Positions 55,748 to 64,000 of a DNA stretch of 64,000 nt are shown piece by piece. The stretch is from Candidatus Methylomirabilota bacterium (GTDB lineage Bacteria; Methylomirabilota; Methylomirabilia; Rokubacteriales; CSP1-6), in contig JBKPCO010000035.1 of NCBI GenBank assembly GCA_046727415.1, positions 1,554-65,553 of the forward strand. The letters are read 5' to 3'. Position numbers and translations under genes: made by a program. Position 1 is the stretch's first letter; each line of letters begins with the position of its first letter. The notes below the pieces were generated by a model. It was given only the letters and a program-made list of their open reading frames with translations. It had not been told where the DNA came from and made no database searches.

Positions 55748-56686
55748 TCACGCGAAGATGGATTCGGGCAGGAACGCCGAGACGATCCAGTTGGGCGCGT
55801 CGACGATCTCGCTGATCTTCAGGTCGACGGCCACGCTGCAGAGGATGTACGCCTCCTCGCGGCTCAGCCCGCGCTCGGTCACCAGGTGATCGATCATGTA
55901 GCGGATCGCCTGCTGCGAGCTGGCGAAGAGATCGGGACCGTGGGCGGTCGTCACGAAGCAGGGCCCACGGTCGGCCGCGGAGACGATCGGCCCGGAGGTC
56001 CTGAACTGCGGCTCCTTCAGCTCGCGCCCGCGCGCGAGCCCGAAGCGGAGCGTGACCGTGCCCATCATCTCGACCGCGGTGACGCAGACCTCACCGTCAC
56101 CCTGCGTCGCGTGCGCGTCGCCGACGCTGAACAGGGCGCCGTCCATCCACACCGGCAGATACAGCGTCGTCCCGGCGGTGAGGTGCTTGACGTCCATGTT
56201 GCCGCCGTTCTTGCGGGGCGGCATGGTGCTGTGGGCGCCGGGCTCGTCGAGCGCCACGCCCATGACTCCAGGAAATGGCGCGATCGGCACCGCGATGCCC
56301 CGTCCCGTGCGCGCGTGCTTACCGTCGGTGAGGTCCCAGATCGTCAGGTGCGGCTTTGAGAATTCGGCTTCCGGCAGAAGACCGCGTCCCGGGCGGATGG
56401 CCGTCCAACCGAACGGAGCGGCCGGCTTGACGTCCAGGATCTCGACCGTCAGCACGTCGCCGCGCCGGGCGCCTCTGACGGCGACCGGCCCGGTCAGCGG
56501 GTGGCCGCGGAACGGTCCGCGCCCGAGCACGTCGTCGTGCGTCGAGGACGGGGAGTAATAGCCGTCGGCGGCGTCGCGCGTGTCGAAGATCACGGTGTCG
56601 CCCGCATCGATCTCGAGCCGCGGCGCGATCGAGTTGTCCCAGGCCCGGTGAACGATGCTCCGATCGAGGTGATGCGTGGTCGCCAT
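55748..56686 (-). CDS. Acetamidase/formamidase-family amidohydrolase
   Basis: 312 aa. 'HPLTGPV', 'GGNMDVKHL' and 'GDAHATQGDGEV' are typical of the FmdA/AmdA family. Confidence 0.85.
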   Translation of the reverse strand: MATTHHLDRSIVHRAWDNSIAPRLEIDAGDTVIFDTRDAADGYYSPSSTHDDVLGRGPFRGHPLTGPVAVRGARRGDVLTVEILDVKPAAPFGWTAIRPGRGLLPEAEFSKPHLTIWDLTDGKHARTGRGIAVPIAPFPGVMGVALDEPGAHSTMPPRKNGGNMDVKHLTAGTTLYLPVWMDGALFSVGDAHATQGDGEVCVTAVEMMGTVTLRFGLARGRELKEPQFRTSGPIVSAADRGPCFVTTAHGPDLFASSQQAIRYMIDHLVTERGLSREEAYILCSVAVDLKISEIVDAPNWIVSAFLPESIFA

Positions 56687-56700
56687 TCAGACCTCCACCT

Positions 56701-57540
56701 TCACGCCATTTCGTTCCAGGTCACCATGCCCGTCCCCGATCGCCACGCCACCGCCGGCATGTAGGCGAGCACGTCTGCCGGCCCGCGGGTGAAGGCGAGG
56801 ACCAACACCCACGCCAGGAGCTCGGCGGTGCCGCCCGAGCCCGCGGCTTCCAGTCGCTCGAGCGTGCACTCGCGCAACAGCGTGGTGTGATCGCCACGCT
56901 TCAGCAGGTCGAGGAACCACCGGTCGAACTCCTCGTCGACCCAGAAGTAGCGCGGCCCGCCCGGCTCGTGCGAGAGCCCGCCGGTGGCGATCACCGCGAT
57001 GCGCTCGTCGCCGGGATAGGCTGCGAGAATCTCGCGCAAGCGCGAGCCGACCTGGTAGGCGCGCTCGGGCGTCGGGATCGGCGGCACCGTGCAGTTCATG
57101 GTGACCGGAACCAGACGGAATCGCGCATCGGGGTTCAGGTAGTGGGTCGGGACCGAGATGCCGTCGTCGAACTGCATCTCGCGCAGGTACGAGAGCGCCA
57201 GGCCGCGGCGCGCGCCCTCGTTGACGATGAAGCGCGCCAGCGGGGCATGCCCGGCGACGCGGTACTTCTCCATGGCGAGCCACTCGTCGAACCATTCGGC
57301 GGGGCCGACGTGCTCCTCGCCGATGCCCACGGTGTACTCGGGCATGTTGTTGATCGGCCAGTTGAGGAGATGATCGTTGGTGAACATCACCAGCACGTCC
57401 GGCCGGGCCGCCTCGAGCCGGCGGCGCATCTCGGCGGTCGTCTGGAGCGCCAACTCCTGATACTCGCGGGACGCCCGCGTGAACCACCCGGTCAAGCCGG
57501 GCGAATGCGTCATGGCCATCGCGGCGACGACGCGCGCCAT
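56701..57540 (-). CDS. Class III extradiol ring-cleavage dioxygenase, LigB-type subunit
   Basis: 279 aa from ATG 57540. LigB-family layout ('MTHSPG', 'FTNDH', 'ATGGLSH'). The start overlaps the TAA of the LigA-like gene. Confidence 0.8.
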   Translation of the reverse strand: MARVVAAMAMTHSPGLTGWFTRASREYQELALQTTAEMRRRLEAARPDVLVMFTNDHLLNWPINNMPEYTVGIGEEHVGPAEWFDEWLAMEKYRVAGHAPLARFIVNEGARRGLALSYLREMQFDDGISVPTHYLNPDARFRLVPVTMNCTVPPIPTPERAYQVGSRLREILAAYPGDERIAVIATGGLSHEPGGPRYFWVDEEFDRWFLDLLKRGDHTTLLRECTLERLEAAGSGGTAELLAWVLVLAFTRGPADVLAYMPAVAWRSGTGMVTWNEMA

Positions 57541-57884
57541 TACCGGGAGCGCTCCAGCCGCTCTTCCAGCGCCATCGCCTGCGCGGTCTCCTCGGGGTAC
57601 GCGCGCCGATAGCACTCGAGCGCCGCGCTGGCGTTGCTGTTGTGCGCGGCGCCGAAGAACAGGCGGAGGATCTGCGGCACGTAATACTGATGCACGCCCA
57701 GGTCCATCAGGCGGCGCGGGTCCTTGTCGCGCAGCGCCTCGTACTCGGCCCGGCTCAGCTTGAACTCGCGCGCCAGCCCTTCCAGGTCGCTCAGGAAGCG
57801 CGCGCGCAGCACGGCGTCGCGGCGGACGTGAAAGATCATCTCGTTGATCGGCAGCGTCTTGTCGCAGCGCTCCACGTTGCCCAC
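57540..57884 (-). CDS. LigA-like small subunit of extradiol dioxygenase
   Basis: 114 aa. The helical 'LSRAEYEALRDKDPRRLMDLGVHQYYV' resembles the LigA (PF07746) family. Confidence 0.7.
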   Translation of the reverse strand: MGNVERCDKTLPINEMIFHVRRDAVLRARFLSDLEGLAREFKLSRAEYEALRDKDPRRLMDLGVHQYYVPQILRLFFGAAHNSNASAALECYRRAYPEETAQAMALEERLERSR

Positions 57885-57893
57885 AGGGACCTC

Positions 57894-58271
57894 CTATGCT
57901 CCCGCGCCGGCCTTCAGCACCTTGGGGTTCACCTTGAGGAACATGATGACGCATCGCTCCTGGCTGAGATTGCGAACGTCGTGCGGCACGTTCGCCGGGA
58001 ACTTCACGATGGCGCCGGCGGGCACGGTCACCTCGTCGCCGGCAATGCTCATGGTGGCGGTGCCCTCGAGGACGTAGATCGCCTCTTCTTCGCGCGGATG
58101 GCTGTGCATGACCGTCGACTGGCCGGGCTCGTAGCAGGCGATCTCGGACCAGAGCTGCTCGGTCTTGAAGAGCATCTTGCGGACGCGCTTGTCGGGGGCG
58201 AACGCCTTGAGGGCGTTGAGGTCGAACACCTGGGCGACGCCCGTCGTCACGGCAACCGCAGTCTCGTCCAT
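57894..58271 (-). CDS. Cupin-domain protein
   Basis: 'GQSTVMHSHPREEEAIYVLEG' (G-x5-HxH-x3,4-E) and 'VPHDVRN'. ATG 58271 follows GGGAGG. Confidence 0.8.
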   Translation of the reverse strand: MDETAVAVTTGVAQVFDLNALKAFAPDKRVRKMLFKTEQLWSEIACYEPGQSTVMHSHPREEEAIYVLEGTATMSIAGDEVTVPAGAIVKFPANVPHDVRNLSQERCVIMFLKVNPKVLKAGAGA

Positions 58272-58386
58272 CGGCGACCTCCCGTCGTTTTCAAAATCGA
58301 GGGCGACAGTGTACCCCGGACGCGAGTCTAGCACCCTTGACTTCGCCCGGTTTTGGTCTGACATTGCCTCGGCGTCGACGCGACCC

Positions 58387-59640
58387 ATGGAGATCAAGCC
58401 TCTTCGCGGCTACCGATACGGCGGCGACACGCGGCGCGACGTCTCGCCCGTCGTCGCGCCCCCGTACGACCAGATCAGCCCCGAGAGCCAGGAGCGGCTC
58501 TACGCGATGAGCCCGCACAACATCGTGCGCGTCTCGTACCCGAAGGACGCGGCCGACAAGTATCGCGAGGCCCATCAGGTGCTCGACCGCTGGCTGGCCG
58601 AGGGGGTGTGGCGCGCCGACGAGCAGCCGGCGATCTACCCGTACGATCAGACGTACACGGTAGACGACCGATCGGTGACGCGAACGGGCTTCATCGCGCT
58701 GGGGCAGGTCAGCGACTATTCGCGGGGCGTCGTGCTGCCCCACGAGCGCACCCATGCCGGGCCGAAGAAGGATCGGATGGATCTGCTGGAGGCTACTGGG
58801 GCTGACATCGGTCTGCTCTTCATGCTGACGAGCGATCCGGACGGCTCGCTCCGGAGCGCGACTGCGCCGGTAGGCGAGCCGATCGCGGAGGCGCGCGACC
58901 TCAGAGGCGAGCGGCATCGGCTCTGGCGCACGACGGACCCGGCGGCGATCAAGCATGCCCAATCGCGGATGGCGGACCGGCGCGTGATCATTGCCGACGG
59001 CCATCACCGATACGAGACCGCGGTGGCGTACGCGGAGCGCCATCCGCACGCGGACGACAAGCTGATGGCGTTCTTCGCGCTGGAGGCGCCCGGGCTTACG
59101 ATCCTGCCGAACCACCGCCTGGTGCACAGCGTTCAGGGCTTCGACTTCGACGACCTCATGCAGACGGCGGGCCGCTGGTTCGAGGTGGCGCCGCTTGCCG
59201 ACCCGACGGCGGCTCGCCTCGACAACCGGACGATCGCGGTTCTCAGTGGACCTGACGCGGCCTTGCTGCGGCTCAAGCCCGGCGAGCTCGATCACATCGC
59301 GTGGCCGCGCGGAACGTCGACGGCGTGGCGAGGACTCGCGGTGTCGATCCTCCACGAAACTCTGCTGCGCCCACTCCTCGGGATCACCGACGCCAGGCTC
59401 GACGCCGGCACGCACGTGGACTACACGGCCGACCGAGCCGAGGCCATCCAGCGCGCTCGCGCCGGCGCGTGTCAGGCCGCATTCCTGATCGCGCCGACCA
59501 CGGCCGAGGAGCTCCAAGCTGTGGTGCAGGGTGGCGAGCTCCTGCCACAGAAGTCCACGCACTTCTACCCGAAGCTCCTGGACGGTCTCGTCTTCCATCG
59601 GCTGGGCGACGATCGGCTGGACGGACGAGGTGCTGTCTGA
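58387..59640 (+). CDS. DUF1015-domain protein
   Basis: 'IKPLRGYRY...VVAPPYDQIS', 'VLPHERTHAGPKKDRMDLL', 'IADGHHRYETA' and 'KSTHFYPKL' are hallmark DUF1015 strings. Confidence 0.85.
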   Translation: MEIKPLRGYRYGGDTRRDVSPVVAPPYDQISPESQERLYAMSPHNIVRVSYPKDAADKYREAHQVLDRWLAEGVWRADEQPAIYPYDQTYTVDDRSVTRTGFIALGQVSDYSRGVVLPHERTHAGPKKDRMDLLEATGADIGLLFMLTSDPDGSLRSATAPVGEPIAEARDLRGERHRLWRTTDPAAIKHAQSRMADRRVIIADGHHRYETAVAYAERHPHADDKLMAFFALEAPGLTILPNHRLVHSVQGFDFDDLMQTAGRWFEVAPLADPTAARLDNRTIAVLSGPDAALLRLKPGELDHIAWPRGTSTAWRGLAVSILHETLLRPLLGITDARLDAGTHVDYTADRAEAIQRARAGACQAAFLIAPTTAEELQAVVQGGELLPQKSTHFYPKLLDGLVFHRLGDDRLDGRGAV

Positions 59641-61961
59641 CGCCGCGCTATACCGGCACGAGCGTCAAACGGCTCGAGGACCCGCGGCTCTTGCAAGGCG
59701 GCGGGCGCTATCTCGACGACCTGGTGTTTCCGAAGATGCTGAGCGTGAGCTTCGCGCGCAGCCCGCACGCGCATGCGCGGATCGATCGGATCGAAACGGC
59801 CGGGGCCCGCGCGGTGCCCGGTGTCGTAGGCGTGGTCACAGCCGCCGAGGTGCGGGCCGTCGCGAAGCCGCTCGCGCCCAGGCTCGACGGCGGCGGATTT
59901 ACCCAGACCGCCTGGCCCGCGCTGGCTGATGGCACGGCGCAGTTCTGTGGCGAAGCGGTGGCCGCGGTCGTCGCGTCGGGCGCCGAGGCCGCGGCCGACG
60001 CGCGCGAGAAGATCTCGATCGACTGGACGCCGCTGCCGGCCATCACGAGTCTGGACCAGGCGCTGGCGGCGGACCGTGTCATCTTCCACCGCCGCCATCG
60101 TGCCGGTGACGTCGATGCCGCCTTCGCGCAGGCGGCGTTCGTCGTGGGCGAGACGTTCGAGCACGGCCGGTGCGCGCCGACGCCGATGGAGCCGCGCGGC
60201 ATCGTGGCCGACTGGGACGGCGACACGCTGACGCTGTGGTCGCCGAGCCAGTGCCCGTCGCTCATGCGCACGGCGCTCGCGGCCGCCCTCGACCTTCCGG
60301 AACCGCGGGTCAGGATCGTGACGCCCGACGTCGGCGGCGGCTTCGGCCTCAAGATGCAAGTCTTTCCGGAAGACCTCGCGGTCGCGGCGCTCGCGCGAAT
60401 GCTCCGGCGCCCGGTGAAATGGATCGAGGAGCGCCGTGAGAATCTGGCGGCGGCGTCGCAGGCGCGGGAGGGGCGGACGACGGTCGAGATCGCTGCGGCG
60501 GCGGACGGCACGCTGCTGGCGATACGGGCGCGCATCGCGTCCGACGCGGGGGCGTATCACGCATATCCGACGACGGCGGCGCTCGAGCCGCTGGGCACCG
60601 CGAGCATTCTGCCCGGCCCGTATCGGGTGCCGGCGTACGAGTACGACACGCGGGCACTGGCCACGCACAAGCCCCCGCTGGGGGCCTATCGCGGCGTCGG
60701 CATGACGATGGGCGCGTTCGTCATGGAGCGCATGCTCGACCTCGTCGCCGAGCGCGCGGACCTCGACCCGGCCGAGATCCGGCGACGCAACCTCTTGCCG
60801 CGCGAGGCGTACCCGTTCAAGTCGACGACCGGGCTCACCTATGACAGCGGCGATTTTCCCAAGGCGCTCGAGCAGGCGCTGGCCGCGGTCGGCTACGAGG
60901 AGCTGCGGCGGACGCAGGCGAAGCGGCGCGCCGCCGGTCGTCTTGTCGGTATCGGGCTCGCGTGCTACACCGAGTACACGGGAATGGGCTCGACGATCTT
61001 CCGACTGCGCGGGATGACCGAGGTGCCGGGCATCGAGGCCGCCACGGTCACCGTGGATCCCGACGGCGCGGCCAGGTGCTCCGTGAGCTTCCCGACGCAG
61101 GGGCAGGGACACGCGACGACCATCGCCCAGATCGTCGCCGATCGGCTGGGCGTGGCCATCGAGCAGGTGCGGCTCGAGCCCGGCGACACGTCACGCTCGC
61201 CGCGCGGCAGCGGCACCTTCGGCAGCCGCGGCACCGTCGCGATGCTGGGCAGCGCCGGAGCCGCCGCCGACCGCGTCGCGCAGAAGATCCGCGCGCTCGC
61301 GGCCGATCGCCTGGAGGCGAGCGCGGCCGACGTGGTGCTGGCGGGCGGGCGCGCGGTCGTGCGCGGCTTCGCCGACCGGGGCGTGAGCGTCGCCGAGATC
61401 GCGCGGACCGCGTACGCCCCGCCGCTCGGCGGGTTGCCCGGCGGCCAGACGCCGGGGCTCTCCGCCACCGTCTACTTCGATCCGCCCGGGGCCACCTTCT
61501 CGGGTGCGGTGCACGTCGCTGTCGTCGAGATCGATCCGGAGACGGGTCGCGTCGGCGTCGAGCGCTACGCGCTCGTCGAGGACTGTGGTCCAGTGATCAA
61601 TCCGATGATCGTGGAGGGTCAGATTCACGGCGCCGTCACGCAAGGCATTGGCGAAGCGCTGCTGGAATGCGTCGCCTACGACGAGGGCGGCCAGCTCCTG
61701 ACCGCGACGCTGATGGACTACGCCGTGCCCCGGGCCGACGATCTGCTCGAGCCCGAGATCGGCCATCTCGAGACTCCATCGCCCGTCATGCCCGGAGGCG
61801 TGAAGGGCATGGGCGAGGGAGGAACGATCGGCGCGCCGGCCGCGATCGCCAACGCGGTCGCGGACGCCGTGCGTCACCTGGGCGTGCGCATCACGGCTCT
61901 GCCCATCCGCCCTGAGTCGCTCCTTGGGCGCGCGGCCGCGCGCCTCGACCCGCCGTCATGA
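59637..61961 (+). CDS. Xanthine-dehydrogenase-family molybdopterin-binding large subunit (CoxL-like, non-CODH type)
   Basis: 'VKRLEDPRLLQGGGRY', 'GGGFG' and 'AYRGVG'. No ATG/GTG/TTG lies near the conserved N-terminus. CTG 59637 overlaps the DUF1015 TGA, so the start is uncertain. Confidence 0.8.
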   Translation: MTPRYTGTSVKRLEDPRLLQGGGRYLDDLVFPKMLSVSFARSPHAHARIDRIETAGARAVPGVVGVVTAAEVRAVAKPLAPRLDGGGFTQTAWPALADGTAQFCGEAVAAVVASGAEAAADAREKISIDWTPLPAITSLDQALAADRVIFHRRHRAGDVDAAFAQAAFVVGETFEHGRCAPTPMEPRGIVADWDGDTLTLWSPSQCPSLMRTALAAALDLPEPRVRIVTPDVGGGFGLKMQVFPEDLAVAALARMLRRPVKWIEERRENLAAASQAREGRTTVEIAAAADGTLLAIRARIASDAGAYHAYPTTAALEPLGTASILPGPYRVPAYEYDTRALATHKPPLGAYRGVGMTMGAFVMERMLDLVAERADLDPAEIRRRNLLPREAYPFKSTTGLTYDSGDFPKALEQALAAVGYEELRRTQAKRRAAGRLVGIGLACYTEYTGMGSTIFRLRGMTEVPGIEAATVTVDPDGAARCSVSFPTQGQGHATTIAQIVADRLGVAIEQVRLEPGDTSRSPRGSGTFGSRGTVAMLGSAGAAADRVAQKIRALAADRLEASAADVVLAGGRAVVRGFADRGVSVAEIARTAYAPPLGGLPGGQTPGLSATVYFDPPGATFSGAVHVAVVEIDPETGRVGVERYALVEDCGPVINPMIVEGQIHGAVTQGIGEALLECVAYDEGGQLLTATLMDYAVPRADDLLEPEIGHLETPSPVMPGGVKGMGEGGTIGAPAAIANAVADAVRHLGVRITALPIRPESLLGRAAARLDPPS

Positions 61962-61974
61962 GGATCTAGAGAAA

Positions 61975-63597
61975 ATGGGAAAACAGGACATCGAGATCGC
62001 CCGTGCAGTGAAGCTCCAGCCCATCCAGGCGATCGGCGAGATGCTCGGGCTCAATGGCAACGACCTCGAGCCGTACGGAACCTACAAGGCGAAGATCCGC
62101 TGGGACGTGATCGAGCGCACGACCTCGCGTCCGGACGGAGAGCTCGTGCTCGTGACGGCGATGACGCCGACGCCCGCGGGCGAGGGCAAGTCCACGACCA
62201 CGATCGGGCTGGCCGACGGGTTGCGTCGGCTCGGCAAGCGCTCGATCGTCGCGATGCGCGAGCCGTCGCTGGGCCCGGTCTTCGGTGTCAAGGGCGGCGG
62301 GACGGGCGGCGGTCACACGCAGGTAGCGCCCATGGAGGACATCAACCTCCATTTCACGGGCGACATGCACGCGATCGGCGCCGCGCACAATCTCCTGGCC
62401 GCGATGATCGACAACCACCTGGCCCAGGGTAATCCGCTCAACCTCGACAGCCGGCGGATCGTCTGGCGGCGCGTCATGGACATGAACGACCGCGCGCTGC
62501 GCCGCCTCGTGATCGGACTGGGCGGGACGGCGCACGGCGTGCCGCGCGAAACCGGCTTCGACATCACGGTCGCCTCGGAGATCATGGCGATCCTGTGCCT
62601 GGCTCGCGACCTGCAAGACTTCAAGGCGCGGGTGGAGCGCGTCGTGGTCGCCGATCGCGGCGAGGGGCCGTTCGTCACCGCGCGCGAGCTCAAGGCCGCG
62701 GGCGCGATGACGGTGCTCATGAAGGACGCGATCAAGCCCAACCTGGTGCAGACGCTCGACGGCACGCCGGCCTTCGTGCACGGCGGTCCGTTCGCGAATA
62801 TCGCGCACGGGTGCAACAGCCTCATCGCCACGCGCCTGGCGCTCAAGCTCGGCGAGTTCGTCGTCACCGAGGCCGGCTTCGCCAGCGATCTCGGCGCCGA
62901 GAAGTTCGTGGACATCAAGTGCCGGACCGGCGGGCTCAAGCCCTCGGCGGCGGTCATCGTCACCACCACCCGCGCCCTCGCCACGCACGGCGAGGAGAAC
63001 CTGGCCAAGCACGTCGAGAACGTCCGCCTCTACGGGCTGGCGCCGGTCGTGGCGCTGAACCACTTCACGGACGACACCGACGCGCAGATCGGCCGGGTGA
63101 CGTCGATGTGCAAGACGCTCGGCGTTCCCTGCGGGGTGTCGCGCGGCTGGGAGCTCGGCGGCGCCGGCGTGACCGACCTCGCCGGGATGGTGCTCGAGGC
63201 GATCAGCGCGAAAGACCGGGCGGGCGTCCAGTTCCTCTACCCTGACGACGCGAAGCTGACCGCGAAGCTCGAGACGATCGTCACGAAGATCTATGGCGCC
63301 GACGGGGTGGCCTTCGCGCCTGCGGCCGCCGCCAAGCTGGCGCGCTACGAGTCGCTCGGTTACGGCCGGCTGCCGGTGTGCGTCGCCAAGACCCAGAATT
63401 CCCTCAGCGACGACCCGAAACGGCCGGGCCGGCCGCGGGGGTTCACGGTGACGATCCGCGACGTGGCCCTCTCGGCCGGCGCCGGATTCGTCGTCGCCTA
63501 CGCGGGCGACATCCTGACGATGCCGGGGCTGCCCAAGGTGCCAGGCGCAGAGGGCATCGACATCGATGCGAGCGGCAATATCGTCGGGCTCTTCTGA
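61975..63597 (+). CDS. fhs: Formate--tetrahydrofolate ligase
   Basis: 'PTPAGEGKSTTTIGL' P-loop, about 540 aa, collinear with Fhs. Confidence 0.95.
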   Translation: MGKQDIEIARAVKLQPIQAIGEMLGLNGNDLEPYGTYKAKIRWDVIERTTSRPDGELVLVTAMTPTPAGEGKSTTTIGLADGLRRLGKRSIVAMREPSLGPVFGVKGGGTGGGHTQVAPMEDINLHFTGDMHAIGAAHNLLAAMIDNHLAQGNPLNLDSRRIVWRRVMDMNDRALRRLVIGLGGTAHGVPRETGFDITVASEIMAILCLARDLQDFKARVERVVVADRGEGPFVTARELKAAGAMTVLMKDAIKPNLVQTLDGTPAFVHGGPFANIAHGCNSLIATRLALKLGEFVVTEAGFASDLGAEKFVDIKCRTGGLKPSAAVIVTTTRALATHGEENLAKHVENVRLYGLAPVVALNHFTDDTDAQIGRVTSMCKTLGVPCGVSRGWELGGAGVTDLAGMVLEAISAKDRAGVQFLYPDDAKLTAKLETIVTKIYGADGVAFAPAAAAKLARYESLGYGRLPVCVAKTQNSLSDDPKRPGRPRGFTVTIRDVALSAGAGFVVAYAGDILTMPGLPKVPGAEGIDIDASGNIVGLF

Positions 63598-63647
63598 GGA
63601 AGCTCGCAGGCCCTGTGCTAACCTGGGTTTCCCGGAGGCGTGACACG

Positions 63648-64000
63648 GTGGATGGAGCGGCTGAAGGGCCTGTCGATCTTGCGGTCGCGCTGCGCTGGCT
63701 CGGGGGCGATCAAGGGCTGCTCCGCGAGCTGGTCGGCATCTTCATGGACGACGGGCCCAAGCGGCTCAAGGCGCTCCGGGAAGCGATGACTGCGTCCGAC
63801 ATTCAGCTGCTCGAGCAGGTTGCGCACAGCCTGAAGGGATCGGCCGCCATCCTGGGCGCCTCGCGGCTTCAGGAGTCGGCGCTGGCCCTCGAGGAAGCCG
63901 CGCACGACGGGCGCGCCGAGAACGACGTCGACCTCGTCGCCGACATCGCGCGCGAGATCGAGCGGGTCCTCGCCTTCTTCGCCGACCCGGCCTGGCCGGA
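63648..64000 (+). CDS. Hpt (histidine phosphotransfer) domain protein, 3' end outside window
   Basis: Hand translation from GTG 63648 (GGAGG 9 nt upstream): '..LLRELVGIFMDDGPKRLKALREAM...AHSLKGSAAILGA', the Hpt 'HxxKG' motif. The frame is open to nt 64000. Not in the ORF track because no stop is reached. Confidence 0.7.
   Translation, partial: MDGAAEGPVDLAVALRWLGGDQGLLRELVGIFMDDGPKRLKALREAMTASDIQLLEQVAHSLKGSAAILGASRLQESALALEEAAHDGRAENDVDLVADIAREIERVLAFFADPAWP

Noticed and set aside
58354-58367. TGGTCTGACATTGC, sigma-54-like, upstream of the DUF1015 gene
   Set aside because: The GG-to-GC spacing is one nucleotide too short, and sigma-54 spacing is essentially invariant. TTGACT-N17-GACATT (58337-58365) in the same place is a more plausible sigma-70-type signal.
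59565-61112. 515-aa (-) ORF
   Set aside because: It is antisense to the CoxL-like gene, with shadow-frame composition.

Overview
High-GC, gene-dense bacterial chromosomal segment, probably from an uncultured soil-type lineage; taxonomy cannot be settled from the sequence alone. I call about 66 protein genes. I saw no rRNA, tRNA, CRISPR array, transposase, integrase or phage genes. Most long ORFs in the six-frame track are Arg/Ala/Pro/Gly-rich shadow frames of real genes. Many neighbouring genes overlap by 4 nt (ATGA/GTGA/TTGA, once CTGA). I used these overlaps to re-set about 20 start codons and to find two short genes and one partial gene that are missing from the ORF track.

Gene content:
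- Split cobalamin-type methyltransferase set, plus aroK and a YitJ-like Hcy-MT/MTHFR fusion.
- Amidase, then D-aminoacylase, then a soluble multi-GAF histidine kinase, then an NtrC-type sigma-54 activator.
- RRM RNA-binding protein.
- DUF169::MtaA-like fusion.
- ACT-malic enzyme, acs and an MFS transporter.
- DksA/TraR, plsC, ilvA, asparaginase, UDG and HtrA.
- An M16 peptidase pair with two unknown envelope proteins.
- qor, a Tim44-like protein and an AsmA-family protein.
- Citrate synthase, a GT2, dapF and a LOG protein.
- F420-LLM, Ccr, DUF6152-like and DUF6644-like proteins in one operon.
- A MATE transporter divergent from an HxlR regulator.
- A seven-gene operon headed by a CADD/PqqC-like heme-oxygenase-fold protein with a Rieske protein.
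- Two tandem GAF-GGDEF genes.
- A 590-aa NucS-like, proline-rich protein.
- LigAB, cupin, formamidase and PPOX(F420) genes in one operon.
- DUF1015, a CoxL-like molybdenum hydroxylase large subunit, fhs and a partial Hpt gene.

Most notable observations:
1. Four sequences match the sigma-54 -24/-12 promoter. Two are perfect-consensus sites placed back-to-back between the GGDEF operon and the 590-aa unknown protein.
2. A MetH-like system is split into separate modules, and no pterin module is visible in the window.
3. The DUF169::MtaA fusion.
4. The CADD-like/Rieske/GlcG/CoA-transferase operon.
5. The translationally coupled F420-LLM/Ccr/secreted/membrane operon.

All family assignments are motif recognition by eye. 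No database search was run.
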